DNA from: a virus
DNA: 64,000 nt
Reading direction: 5' to 3' (one strand)
Virus record (IMG/VR): IMGVR_UViG_3300006753_004675
Location: 5,887-69,886 of that record
A model generated the notes under the pieces. The model was not told the origin of the DNA and did not search any database. It worked only from the letters and a program-made list of their open reading frames with translations. Every line of letters begins with the position of its first letter. Within the stretch, counting starts at the first letter, position 1. Both the position numbers and the translations under genes were made by a program. Positions 9,756 through 19,688 of the stretch are shown here, piece after piece.

Positions 9756-10690
9756 TGAATTTTGATTTAAAGAGATTATTTGAAAGGCAACAAGATTTTA
9801 ACAAAATATTTTATGATAGTAGTCTTTCTATAGAAGAAAAAGAAGAGATAACAAAATCTTTATCATTGGCCCTGCATTCTGAGGTTAGCGATCTTATTTC
9901 TGGAATTAACTTTAAAGATCATAGAAATATTAAAAAGGAAGTAGACTTAAATAAAATAACATATGAATCAGTTGACGCCTTCAGGTATCTTCTTGCAATT
10001 CTGAATTTATGGGATATTTCAAGTGAGACGTTTATGAGTGCATTCGAGGATAAGGATTTGTTTTTACACGCCAGACATAAATCAACACAAAATAAGTGGA
10101 ATGGTCAGCCAGTTATTATTTTTGACCTAGATGATGTAATTTCAGAGTTTAGATCAGGCTTTATTGACTGGCTAGATGAAAAATATGGTATCAAGGCTGA
10201 TAAAAATTCATCTGAATATTATACAACGACTGAAGTTAAAAATGCAGGATATAATCCTGAAGAAGTATTTTTAAGATTTATTGATCATAGAGGGCTTAGA
10301 GACATTGAAGCTAATAAAGAAATGATAAAGCTAATTAACTCTCTTTCAAATGATGGATTTTGGATTCAAATTTTAACTGCTAGACCTGATGAAAATCCCA
10401 TTTGTAGGTATGATACATATTTCTGGCTTGAAAAGTTGCAAGTGAATTATCACAGACTTGACTTTAGCGCCGAAAAGTATAGGTGGTTAACTCAGTCTGA
10501 ATATTTTGATTCTGGATCAGTTGTATGTGCTGTTGATGATTCTCCAAAGCATGCAGGAGAATATGCCAAGCATGGAATTCCTGTTTTACTTCCGAAGCTT
10601 TCTTATAATTCAGAAGTGTGGAATATAGAAAATATTCATGTATATGAAGATCCTAAAAATTTAAATGATATGATAAAAACACTTGTATAG
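9755..10690 (+). CDS. Fusion: all-alpha NTP-PPase-like domain + HAD 5'(3')-deoxynucleotidase (NT5C-like)
   Basis: N-term EVSDL..FKDH..ESVDAF; C-term FDLDDV, LTARP, T..WL, VDDSP. Confidence 0.7.
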   Translation: MNFDLKRLFERQQDFNKIFYDSSLSIEEKEEITKSLSLALHSEVSDLISGINFKDHRNIKKEVDLNKITYESVDAFRYLLAILNLWDISSETFMSAFEDKDLFLHARHKSTQNKWNGQPVIIFDLDDVISEFRSGFIDWLDEKYGIKADKNSSEYYTTTEVKNAGYNPEEVFLRFIDHRGLRDIEANKEMIKLINSLSNDGFWIQILTARPDENPICRYDTYFWLEKLQVNYHRLDFSAEKYRWLTQSEYFDSGSVVCAVDDSPKHAGEYAKHGIPVLLPKLSYNSEVWNIENIHVYEDPKNLNDMIKTLV

Positions 10691-10720
10691 CTTGGTATAA
10701 TATAGAAATAAGGAGAAAAA

Positions 10721-11695
10721 ATGCCAGTTAATTATGATCTCGAACCAATTATTCTTCCCATGGATTTGAAGTTTGGTCAAGATACAAACACAGAATTTTA
10801 CAATAATCTCAAGGCCTTAAAGGTCGAGTTAGTTGATCATCCTACAAGAGAGCAATCTCTTAATGTCGCCTGGCAATATGTGAAGGCAACATGGGCTGAT
10901 CATCATGATGAAACAAACCCAGTCGGAACATCTAGAAAAGATCTATCCAAAAATCTGGAAGATGTTTTATCATTCAGGGCACTGCCAACTCCCATGGAAT
11001 GTCTTAGCTTTACGTTTAAATTAAGTGGATTATCATTTCAAGAAGTGACACATATCATTAGGCATAGAGCAGGATCATTTGCTGCACAATGCACGGGAGA
11101 CAGAGACCTACGGGACGATCCTGCTGTGATTCCAGAGTCTGTTGAAAATTCTCCAGAATTTTTAGAAAGGTGGAAAAATCTAGTATTGGAATCAAAACAA
11201 CTATATGCAGACATGACGGATAGCAAAAGTGTATCAATGATGGATGCAAGAATGATCCTTCCTAAGTGTATGACATCATTTTATTTAATGAGAATGAATC
11301 TTAAAGATTTGATTGGATTTATAAGGCAACGGCAGGATGTTCAGATTCAACCTGCCGCTGATAATCTTCTTGCAGGCTATATGGCTAGAGAACTTATCAG
11401 GGTTCTTCCAGAGGCATCTGTAGCTATTGACTTTAACAAGCCGGATATGCATTATATAAAAACCTTTAGGGTTCAAGAAGGAGGAAAGTGGACTAGCAAG
11501 GGAACAAATCTATATTGGCCCGAGCCTAAAAATGATAAGTTTGATTATCATCCTGAGGATACAATTTATCAGTCTACTCGAGAAAAGATCAATGGAACAA
11601 ACAATCCCGGCGGCTATACAGTATTTGAAACACTATGGGCAAAAATACTTGATGACATTCACAGAATGAGATTTAAATATCAAAATGAAAGATAG
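10721..11695 (+). CDS. thyX: Flavin-dependent thymidylate synthase-like protein (variant ThyX)
   Basis: HIIRHR.GSF, DARMILP, FIRQR; the RHRx7S serine is replaced by Cys. Confidence 0.75.
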   Translation: MPVNYDLEPIILPMDLKFGQDTNTEFYNNLKALKVELVDHPTREQSLNVAWQYVKATWADHHDETNPVGTSRKDLSKNLEDVLSFRALPTPMECLSFTFKLSGLSFQEVTHIIRHRAGSFAAQCTGDRDLRDDPAVIPESVENSPEFLERWKNLVLESKQLYADMTDSKSVSMMDARMILPKCMTSFYLMRMNLKDLIGFIRQRQDVQIQPAADNLLAGYMARELIRVLPEASVAIDFNKPDMHYIKTFRVQEGGKWTSKGTNLYWPEPKNDKFDYHPEDTIYQSTREKINGTNNPGGYTVFETLWAKILDDIHRMRFKYQNER

Positions 11696-11730
11696 ATGTT
11701 TTTCATAGAATGTGAATAATATGTATCTAA

Positions 11731-12531
11731 GTGAAGCTATTAAAAGAATACATTAGAGAAATGCTACTCGAAGGTCGAAAGACACAGTCTAAAAGACTGC
11801 ATTCATTTACCAACATGATAACATCGGATATTATGAGAGTTATTCATGGAAAGGAAACAAGACTTCCTTCGTCTGCCCTAACTAGAGATGATTTTTCTTA
11901 TGATGTAGGTGGCGACGAGACATCTGAATTTGTTGAAATTGTTGCCGGAAATATTCCACTAAGCATGGATTGGAAGTCACAAGGTTTTTCACATGACATA
12001 TCTGATGATATAGTTGATACAACTGTCTATATAGTGGTTCAAGTTAATAGGGGCACAGAAGATTTTAATGTGAGCGGGGCTGACAAGGATGTGACGGGAA
12101 TCCATGACATAGGATTATATGTCTCAGTAGATATTCCTTCAGATTTGAATTTAAGTGAGTACTCTAAGCTAAGAGATGAGGTATCAAATACTGTGAGACA
12201 TGAGCTAGAGCATATAACGCAGGGTGAGGGATCCGATCAAATGTTTATAGCTCACGGAAGAGATGATGATTATTATGATTTTATAAACTCTCCCAGCTCT
12301 GTGGAGGGAGATTTTGCCAAATATCTTTTAGAACCAAAAGAGATTCCATCTCATGTAAGAGGGTACATTCAGAATTCTAAAGATTTGAAAGATTTTAATA
12401 TGAGAATTTATATATTGTTAAATAGATATCAGGATAAAGGTCTTATAAGCGACTATGAAAAGAATATTATCTTTGATACGTGGAAAGATTGGATGAGAAA
12501 AAAAGTTCATCAAAAGAAATTTAATGCATAA
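11731..12531 (+). CDS. Putative zincin metallopeptidase with N-terminal leader
   Basis: RHELEHITQ (HExxH) with downstream EPKE; MKLLKEYIREMLLE leader. Confidence 0.55.
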   Translation: MKLLKEYIREMLLEGRKTQSKRLHSFTNMITSDIMRVIHGKETRLPSSALTRDDFSYDVGGDETSEFVEIVAGNIPLSMDWKSQGFSHDISDDIVDTTVYIVVQVNRGTEDFNVSGADKDVTGIHDIGLYVSVDIPSDLNLSEYSKLRDEVSNTVRHELEHITQGEGSDQMFIAHGRDDDYYDFINSPSSVEGDFAKYLLEPKEIPSHVRGYIQNSKDLKDFNMRIYILLNRYQDKGLISDYEKNIIFDTWKDWMRKKVHQKKFNA

Positions 12532-12592
12532 CATTTTTAAAAATAGAAATACTATTGCATATAATTGATTTATTAACCCGCTCGGAGAAAAA

Positions 12593-13033
12593 ATGAAGGC
12601 ATATATTGCTAGTTCTTGGTTCACACCTGACGCATTTGAAGAAGTTGAAATGATTAAAAAGACTTTAACAAAGAATGAATTTGGATATTTTTCACCAAAA
12701 GATTTTTTTGTCTGTCCCCCAACAGCTGATCTTCAAACACAGAAGGATACGTTCGAAGGAAATGTCAAGCACATCCTTGGAAATGATTTTGTAATCTGTA
12801 ACACACGTGACAAAGATATGGGAAGCATCTTTGAAGCAGGAGTCGCATACAATTCAAATACGCCGCTAGTGTATTTTTGTGCAGGCCTGCCTGAAGGAGC
12901 TACGTTTAATCTCATGCTGGCACAGTCAGGTGTCAAGGTTTGCACATCTTTTGATGATCTCGATGATTATCTATCACGGTGCAAGGAGTCTGGTGAGCTT
13001 CTATTTGAACCGTATTATGGAAATATTGAATGA
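12593..13033 (+). CDS. Nucleoside 2-deoxyribosyltransferase / nucleotide N-glycosidase family
   Basis: YIASSWF, FSPK, D.GSIFEAG.A, NLML. Confidence 0.8.
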   Translation: MKAYIASSWFTPDAFEEVEMIKKTLTKNEFGYFSPKDFFVCPPTADLQTQKDTFEGNVKHILGNDFVICNTRDKDMGSIFEAGVAYNSNTPLVYFCAGLPEGATFNLMLAQSGVKVCTSFDDLDDYLSRCKESGELLFEPYYGNIE

Positions 13034-14094
13034 CAAAAAGTGGTCTAGTAAAGCTAAAGCTTGAGTATGTCTGGATAGATGGATTCAAGCCATGGGGTCT
13101 TAGGTCTAAGGTAAGGGTTCATACTTTACCTGAGTCTGATTTTTTAAAATTAAGAAATGATCTTGATCATAAGGTGTTTCCTGAGTGGGGGTTTGATGGA
13201 TCATCCACCGGCCAGGCAAGCGGATCTGATTCTGACTGCTTATTGTTACCAGTGAGAGTGGTTCCAGACGCTGTAAGAGGCGATAGCCTGGCATTCGTTG
13301 TACTGTGCGAGGTTTTGAATGGAGATGGTAGTCCCCATATTACGAATAATAGAAGTGATTTAGAGAAGATAGACGGGAAAACTCACGAATCAGAATCGTG
13401 GTTTGGAATTGAACAGGAATACACGGTTATAAAGAGTGAAAGACCTCTTGGGTTTCCAGAGGGCGGATATCCAAAGCCTCAAGGAATTTACTACTGTAGT
13501 GCTGGCGGGGATAGATCATTTGGTCGTGACATATCTGATGATCATATGAATGCGTGTCTATGGGCAGGACTGGATATAACGGGCACAAATGCTGAAGTAA
13601 TGCCTGGTCAGTGGGAATACCAAATAGGAGGTCCAGGTGTGGGTCCTGTTGATGTATCAGATCAGCTATGGATCTCTAGATGGTTCCTGCTAAAGATATC
13701 AGAAGCTTATGGACTAACAGTTACATTTGATCCAAAGCCAATGATGGGCGACTGGAATGGAGCCGGATGTCATACTAACTTTAGCACAGGGAAGATGAGA
13801 GCTCCCGGCGGAATAAAATATATAGAGCAGGCATGTAAAAAAATTGGAAACAATATACAGAAACATTTAGATGCATACGGCGATGGATTAGAGCTAAGGC
13901 TTACAGGATTGCATGAAACATGCTCGTATAAAGAGTTTAAATGGGGTGTTTCAGATAGAACAGCTAGTATTAGAATACCAAGACATGTGAACAATGATGG
14001 ATGTGGGTACCTTGAAGATCGTCGTCCCAATTCTAATTGTGACCCATACAATGTCACGCGTATTATTCTTGAAACAGTTTGTCTAGAAGATTAA
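13030..14094 (+). CDS. glnII: Glutamine synthetase type II
   Basis: EYVWIDG, WGFDGSST, WFGIEQEY, NAEVMPGQWEYQ, DWNGAGCHTNFS, RLTGLHET, YLEDRRP. Confidence 0.93.
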   Translation: MTKSGLVKLKLEYVWIDGFKPWGLRSKVRVHTLPESDFLKLRNDLDHKVFPEWGFDGSSTGQASGSDSDCLLLPVRVVPDAVRGDSLAFVVLCEVLNGDGSPHITNNRSDLEKIDGKTHESESWFGIEQEYTVIKSERPLGFPEGGYPKPQGIYYCSAGGDRSFGRDISDDHMNACLWAGLDITGTNAEVMPGQWEYQIGGPGVGPVDVSDQLWISRWFLLKISEAYGLTVTFDPKPMMGDWNGAGCHTNFSTGKMRAPGGIKYIEQACKKIGNNIQKHLDAYGDGLELRLTGLHETCSYKEFKWGVSDRTASIRIPRHVNNDGCGYLEDRRPNSNCDPYNVTRIILETVCLED

Positions 14095-14122
14095 TTTAAA
14101 ATTCTTAGTATTACTCATTTCG

Positions 14123-14150
14123 TGTAAATATCACAAAATCGTGGTACACT
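14123..14150 (+). promoter_or_regulatory. TGTAAA-N16-TACACT putative promoter of dnaE
   Basis: Repeated intergenic motif with extended TG. Confidence 0.6.
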
Positions 14151-14165
14151 AGGAATAGGTAATTA

Positions 14166-17100
14166 ATGTCAGATTTTAATAAATTTTCTATTCCCAAACA
14201 GTTTGTTGGATTGCATGCACATGATGGTTCAAGTGTATACGATGGGCTAGGTTATCCTAACCAGCATATCGATTTTATCTTGGAGAACGGTATGAATGCA
14301 TTTGCGTTGACAAATCATGGTAACATGAATTCAGCTGCTCATGCTCACACATATTCTAAAAAATTAAAAAATAAGGGTGTAGACTATCGACACATCTATG
14401 GATGTGAATTCTACTTCGTAGATTCATTAAGCGAGTGGAGAGATGACTATGAGGAACATAGAGAAAATGTCAGGCTTAAAAAGATAAATAAGAAGAGTTT
14501 AAAAACAGATGATTCTGGCGAAGAAACAGAAGGGCTTATTATTGAGAATGAGTCTGAGTCAAAGTCATCTAAAGGAAAAAGCTATCCCGAGTGGAAGAGA
14601 AGGTATCATCTGGTTGTCGTAGCTAAAAACTTTACTGGCCTTCAAAACTTATTCAAGCTCATAAAAAAATCATTTAAATATGGATTTTACAGATTTCCTA
14701 GAATAGATTTTAAGATGCTCAAGGAGCATAGTGAAGGGCTTGTTGTATCCACAGCATGTGTTGGCGGAAGGATGTCGGGATTAATTTTTCAACACTTTCC
14801 AGATAAGTCATTTGAAGATTTAGCTCCAGAGCTCGTTGATGATCCCGTTATTTTAAACAGCGTCATGAGAAAGCTTGAAAATTCCACAGACAGATTTATT
14901 GATGCTGTAGGAAAAGAAAACTTTTTTCTTGAAATTCAATTTAATAGATTTCCCGCGCAGGATCTCACAAATAGATGTCTTCTTCGACTATCTGAAAAAA
15001 CAGGCATTCCGCTCATAGCCACAGCTGATTCACATTATTGTCATCCAGACTTATGGGAGGCTAGAGAGCTATATAGACTTCTTGGAAGAATGGGTCAAAG
15101 AGGTGATGACATGCCAGAGCTTCCTAGTAAAGAAGATTTAAAATGTGAACTCTATCCTAAAAATTCATTCCAAATGTGGGATGCCTTCAAGGATCAGTGG
15201 GAAAAATATGACTTCTATAAGGACAGTGAAGAGATTGTTAAGGATGCGATTGAAAGAACTCATGACATAGCGTGGCAGATGTGTGAAGAGGTCTGGTTTG
15301 ATTCTTCAGCAAAACTTCCAGATTTCAGCACACCAGACGTTAGCGCAATTAATCAGCTTATAAAGCTTGTCAAGAAGAGAATGATTGAGCACGGCTTGCA
15401 TGAAAATCAAGAGTATATTAGTAGAGTCACAGAAGAGCTCTCTGTGATTAAAGCGCTAGGATTCGAGAACTACTTTTTGACTCTAACAAAGGTGTTTGAA
15501 AAGGCGGGAAATAGAACACTATTGGGCCCTGGAAGAGGATCAGGAAGCGGTAGCCTTGTGAATTATATTTTGGGTATCACGCACATAGATCCTCTTGAAT
15601 ATGGCCTACTATTTGAGAGATTTTTAGGTCTTCATAAGGTTGCATGGCCAGATATAGATTCCGATGTAGCGGATAGAGATGTTCTTATTGATGTTTCTAG
15701 GGAGCTTTTTGGAGAGGATTCTGTAATTCCAGTTTCAAACTTTAATACATTGAAACTAAAGTCTCTTATAAAGGATGTCTCTAAGTTCTATGGTATTCCC
15801 TTTGATGAGGTGAACGCAATGACAAATCCTCTTGAAAGAGAGGTCCAGCCTCTCGCAATGGGAGACCATGAGGAAAAGTCGACATATATTTTGACAAATG
15901 AAGATTGTGAAAAATATAGTGAATCGTACAGGGAGTTTATGAAAAAATATCCCAAAGTACAGGAGCATGTTAAAAATCTATTCATGGAGATTAGAAGTAT
16001 TGGAAGACATGCAGGTGGCGTGCTGGTGTGCCCAAATCTTGAAGACAACATGCCTGTCATCAAGGTGAGAGGTGATCTACAAACACCGTGGTCAGAGGGC
16101 ATGAACTTTAGACATCTTGAAGAGAATGGATTTCTTAAGTTTGATTTTCTCGGACTTGCTACCCTGAAGATGGTTGAGGACACAATAAGACTAATTCTTA
16201 GAAGCCAGGGAGTTGAAAATCCTAATTTTAATCAAATCAATAAATTTTTTGATGAGAATTTAAGCAGCAGATATCACAAGCTAGATGATCAAAAGGTCTG
16301 GGAGTATATCTATCATGCAGGTAGATTTGTTCAAATTTTTCAATTTACCAACACCGGCGCTAGAAAGTTTTGCATAGCTGCCAAGCCTAGATGTATTGAA
16401 GATCTGTCTGCTATCACAGCGATTTATAGACCAGGCCCACTCACAGCTAATGTTCACAGGAAGTATGTAAAGGTGGGCCAAAATCTTAATCTTATTAAAT
16501 ATGATCATCCAGTACTAGAGGAGATTCTTTCAGAAAGTAGAGGATTTGTTATATATCAGGAACAGTTTATGCTTATAGCACAGAAGCTATCCGGATTCGA
16601 CAAGGGTGCTTCTGACAAGATGAGAAAAACACTTGTTAAGAAGTCTCTTGACCAGAATGATAAGAAGGTAGGGGAGCGCATTAAACTTAGAAAGGACTTT
16701 ATTGATGGAGCAGTAACCGTCAGCAACATGGATAGAGAAAAAGCAACATCTCTTTATGAGACAATTGAGGCTTTTTCTGGGTATGGTTTCAATAAGAGTC
16801 ACGCAGTAGCGTATGCTATAGATTCTTATTATTCTGCATGGATGCATACACATTATGAAAAGGAGTGGCTAGCTACCTGTCTTCAGACGTGGAACGGCTC
16901 TCCAAAATTTGGAAAAATTATTTCTGAAATTAAATCAATTGGGTATAAAATTCTTCAGGCAGATATTAATACATCTTCTGATGTGTGGGTATTTTCTGAA
17001 GAAAGGGGCGGGTTTGTTCCGCCGTTAACAGCTATCAAGGGTGTGGGATCTGCTGCTGTGCAAGAAATTTTAGATCGGAGGCCATTCAAAGACATCGATC

Positions 17101-17756
17101 AGCTGCTGTTTACAGAGGACGGAAAGTGGAAGCCATCTAAGATGAATAAAACTTGTTTTGATTCTCTATGTAAGGTAGAGGCTTTTGGATCTTTAGAAGA
17201 GATGACGAATGGTACGATTAAAAATCACAGACAGCTTCACGAAATTATAGTTGGAAACTATGACCTTCTCAAGAAGGGCCGCCATGGAATCACAAAGACA
17301 GCTGCAAAAAAACTAATGAAAGAAACAGGAGCAGTTCCAGACTTCATACCTGAAAAGATAAGGGAGTCTTATGATTTACCTGACTGGCAAAGATCGTCTA
17401 AGATATCATTTGGGGTTGACTTGATGTCAGGAGTAGATTCAGAGATAATATTCCCGTCATCAATAATGAAAAAGATAAATGCTGCTCAAGTCAAACCTGT
17501 AAGTTCTCTTAAGGGAAATGAAAAAGGAATAGCTTGGTTTTGCATAGAGGAGATTATAGAAAAAAAGACCAAGAACGGAAAGACATTTTATAGACTGAGG
17601 GTTTGTGACGATAATTCTAGTAGTAAGTGGGTTCGTGTCTGGAGTAAGTTTAATCAAATTCCAGAGCTGTATACAATATGGCTGGCAGAGATATCCTCTA
17701 ATGAAACATGGGGATACTCAACTTCTACATATAAGATGAAAAAGATAGATGTTTAA
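14166..17756 (+). CDS. dnaE: DNA polymerase III alpha subunit (family C)
   Basis: PHP domain (LHAH, LTNHG, DSHY), GRGSGSGS, PDIDSD, GRHAGG, LKFDFLGL, YQEQ, GFNKSHA; no intein seen. Confidence 0.95.
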   Translation: MSDFNKFSIPKQFVGLHAHDGSSVYDGLGYPNQHIDFILENGMNAFALTNHGNMNSAAHAHTYSKKLKNKGVDYRHIYGCEFYFVDSLSEWRDDYEEHRENVRLKKINKKSLKTDDSGEETEGLIIENESESKSSKGKSYPEWKRRYHLVVVAKNFTGLQNLFKLIKKSFKYGFYRFPRIDFKMLKEHSEGLVVSTACVGGRMSGLIFQHFPDKSFEDLAPELVDDPVILNSVMRKLENSTDRFIDAVGKENFFLEIQFNRFPAQDLTNRCLLRLSEKTGIPLIATADSHYCHPDLWEARELYRLLGRMGQRGDDMPELPSKEDLKCELYPKNSFQMWDAFKDQWEKYDFYKDSEEIVKDAIERTHDIAWQMCEEVWFDSSAKLPDFSTPDVSAINQLIKLVKKRMIEHGLHENQEYISRVTEELSVIKALGFENYFLTLTKVFEKAGNRTLLGPGRGSGSGSLVNYILGITHIDPLEYGLLFERFLGLHKVAWPDIDSDVADRDVLIDVSRELFGEDSVIPVSNFNTLKLKSLIKDVSKFYGIPFDEVNAMTNPLEREVQPLAMGDHEEKSTYILTNEDCEKYSESYREFMKKYPKVQEHVKNLFMEIRSIGRHAGGVLVCPNLEDNMPVIKVRGDLQTPWSEGMNFRHLEENGFLKFDFLGLATLKMVEDTIRLILRSQGVENPNFNQINKFFDENLSSRYHKLDDQKVWEYIYHAGRFVQIFQFTNTGARKFCIAAKPRCIEDLSAITAIYRPGPLTANVHRKYVKVGQNLNLIKYDHPVLEEILSESRGFVIYQEQFMLIAQKLSGFDKGASDKMRKTLVKKSLDQNDKKVGERIKLRKDFIDGAVTVSNMDREKATSLYETIEAFSGYGFNKSHAVAYAIDSYYSAWMHTHYEKEWLATCLQTWNGSPKFGKIISEIKSIGYKILQADINTSSDVWVFSEERGGFVPPLTAIKGVGSAAVQEILDRRPFKDIDQLLFTEDGKWKPSKMNKTCFDSLCKVEAFGSLEEMTNGTIKNHRQLHEIIVGNYDLLKKGRHGITKTAAKKLMKETGAVPDFIPEKIRESYDLPDWQRSSKISFGVDLMSGVDSEIIFPSSIMKKINAAQVKPVSSLKGNEKGIAWFCIEEIIEKKTKNGKTFYRLRVCDDNSSSKWVRVWSKFNQIPELYTIWLAEISSNETWGYSTSTYKMKKIDV

Positions 17757-18662
17757 ATGCTAACATTTCCAACGCAAAATTTATTTATCGAAGGATCAGA
17801 TTGTGCAGGAAAGACAACTCTGATTAGGAAGATTCATGATATCACGGGCTATAGACGGCATATTCATGACAGATCACAGATCTCAAGAAAAATATTTGCA
17901 GATCTTTATCAAAGAAATCTAGATAACCTAGAGTCTGATTTTCATCTTGAGATATCAAATCTCAATAATAGGTTTGTATTTTTATATCCAGATTTTGAAA
18001 CTGTTAAGGATAGATTTTTAAAAAGGGGTGATGAAATTCACAAAGATATTTCATCAATAAAGAGAGTCTATGATGAGTTTTTAGATGCATATATTTTTTT
18101 ATCACAGTTTCCAAATATTTCCGGATATGGTGGTGATGATACAGGTGAAATAGCGGGCAAGCTGTCTGCATATCTAGATATCGTTGAAAGGTGCATGCTA
18201 AAAGAAGTCTCTGATCAAGTATCAGAATTTGTAAAAAATATCTCTAATGAGTCTTATCCGCTTTCATTCACACTTTATGATGATGGAAAGTTTGAAGAGT
18301 CTACAGAGTCTTCTATGTCCTATGGGCCAGAAAAAGAATATTATTTCATGATTCATGATAGTCTCATCCATAAAATTGAGATGGAGCTCTCTGGAGAAAA
18401 TGAGTATAATAGAGTGGAGGGTTTTGAATCCAGAAGGTTCGTATTCGCAGATAAATCATGTATATCTTTTATACAGGTAGCAGTAAGAAATAATATAATG
18501 GACTTTAATGTTGTTTTAAGATCAACAGATGTTGCAACGACATTTCCACATGATTTAAAATTTTTATACTATTTGGCATCAAAATGCTGGAAAGTAATTG
18601 GAATAGGATGTATTAAGTGTAGATTAAGATTTAATTTAAACTCTGCACACATTATTGGTTAA
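17757..18662 (+). CDS. Fusion: dNMP kinase (P-loop) + thymidylate-synthase/dCMP-hydroxymethylase-like domain
   Basis: EGSDCAGKTT and HDRS; C-term SRR..SCISFIQ..RSTDV..FPHDL. Confidence 0.65.
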   Translation: MLTFPTQNLFIEGSDCAGKTTLIRKIHDITGYRRHIHDRSQISRKIFADLYQRNLDNLESDFHLEISNLNNRFVFLYPDFETVKDRFLKRGDEIHKDISSIKRVYDEFLDAYIFLSQFPNISGYGGDDTGEIAGKLSAYLDIVERCMLKEVSDQVSEFVKNISNESYPLSFTLYDDGKFEESTESSMSYGPEKEYYFMIHDSLIHKIEMELSGENEYNRVEGFESRRFVFADKSCISFIQVAVRNNIMDFNVVLRSTDVATTFPHDLKFLYYLASKCWKVIGIGCIKCRLRFNLNSAHIIG

Positions 18663-18683
18663 AATGATAGAGGATGGTGTTTT

Positions 18684-19688
18684 ATGAATAAAAGAGCTTT
18701 GGTCACTGGGGGTTGTGGATTTATTGGTTCTAACCTATCAAAATCGCTTGTTAGTGATGGATGGGTAGTTGATATAGTAGATGACATGTCTAATGGTCAT
18801 CTTGAGCTATTAGAAGGTCTCAAGTTGAGAGTTATACCTGCAGATTTATTGCCCGCATTTTATGAAAAGACAAATAGGAGTGTTGATGATGTTCACGTCA
18901 TTCAGGGAGATTTTTCTCATCCCAATGTGCTAGGCAATATCATTAATCAAAGATACAATGTAATCTTTCATCAAGCTGCTGTTCCTCGTGTGTCTTATTC
19001 TGTTGAAAATCCATCTATTACGACTGATGTGAATATTTCATCGACAGTTCGATTATTTGAAGCATGTAGATCAAGTGTTGATAGGGTTGTTTGGGCATCT
19101 TCGTCTTCTGTCTATGGGGGCGCTGATACTCTCCCTACTCCTGAAACAAGCCCTAAGAATCCAAAGTCACCATACGCGTGGCAAAAAAGTTCAATTGAAG
19201 ATCTTGCAGAAATGTTTTATAATTTATATGATTTGGATATTGTATGTCTAAGATATTTTAATGTTTTTGGTCCAGGCCAGTACGGAGACTCACCATATTC
19301 AACAGCTGTTTCTTCATGGTGCCATAGAACAAAAGACATGAAGCCGCTTAGATCTGACGGCGACGGCACTCAATCGCGTGATTTATGCTACGTTGATAAC
19401 GTTGTTCATGCAAATATTCTTGCCGCTTCATCAGATCGTGTATTTGGTGGGAGATGTTATAATATTGCATGCGGAGATAGAACAACAAATAACGAAATAC
19501 TTGAATATTTTAAAAGTAAATTTTCACATACAGTTATACAGCATGCAGAGTGGAGATCAGGTGATGTGATGCATACAAAGGCTGATATTACAAGAGCGAG
19601 AGAGGAGCTCGGATATGAACCTCTAGTTAGATTCTGGGACGGTATTGAGAAAACAATTGAATGGTGGGAACTTGAAGATGGAGCATGA
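18684..19688 (+). CDS. NAD-dependent nucleotide-sugar epimerase/dehydratase (GalE/WbpP-like)
   Basis: TGGCGFIGS, HQAA, ASSSSVYG, YxxxK, RYFNVFGP. Confidence 0.9.
   Translation: MNKRALVTGGCGFIGSNLSKSLVSDGWVVDIVDDMSNGHLELLEGLKLRVIPADLLPAFYEKTNRSVDDVHVIQGDFSHPNVLGNIINQRYNVIFHQAAVPRVSYSVENPSITTDVNISSTVRLFEACRSSVDRVVWASSSSVYGGADTLPTPETSPKNPKSPYAWQKSSIEDLAEMFYNLYDLDIVCLRYFNVFGPGQYGDSPYSTAVSSWCHRTKDMKPLRSDGDGTQSRDLCYVDNVVHANILAASSDRVFGGRCYNIACGDRTTNNEILEYFKSKFSHTVIQHAEWRSGDVMHTKADITRAREELGYEPLVRFWDGIEKTIEWWELEDGA

Noticed and set aside
14166-17756. Intein or intron in dnaE
   Set aside because: Length is normal and no C..HN-C/S/T splice or LAGLIDADG motifs are evident; the PHP insert is only a charged loop
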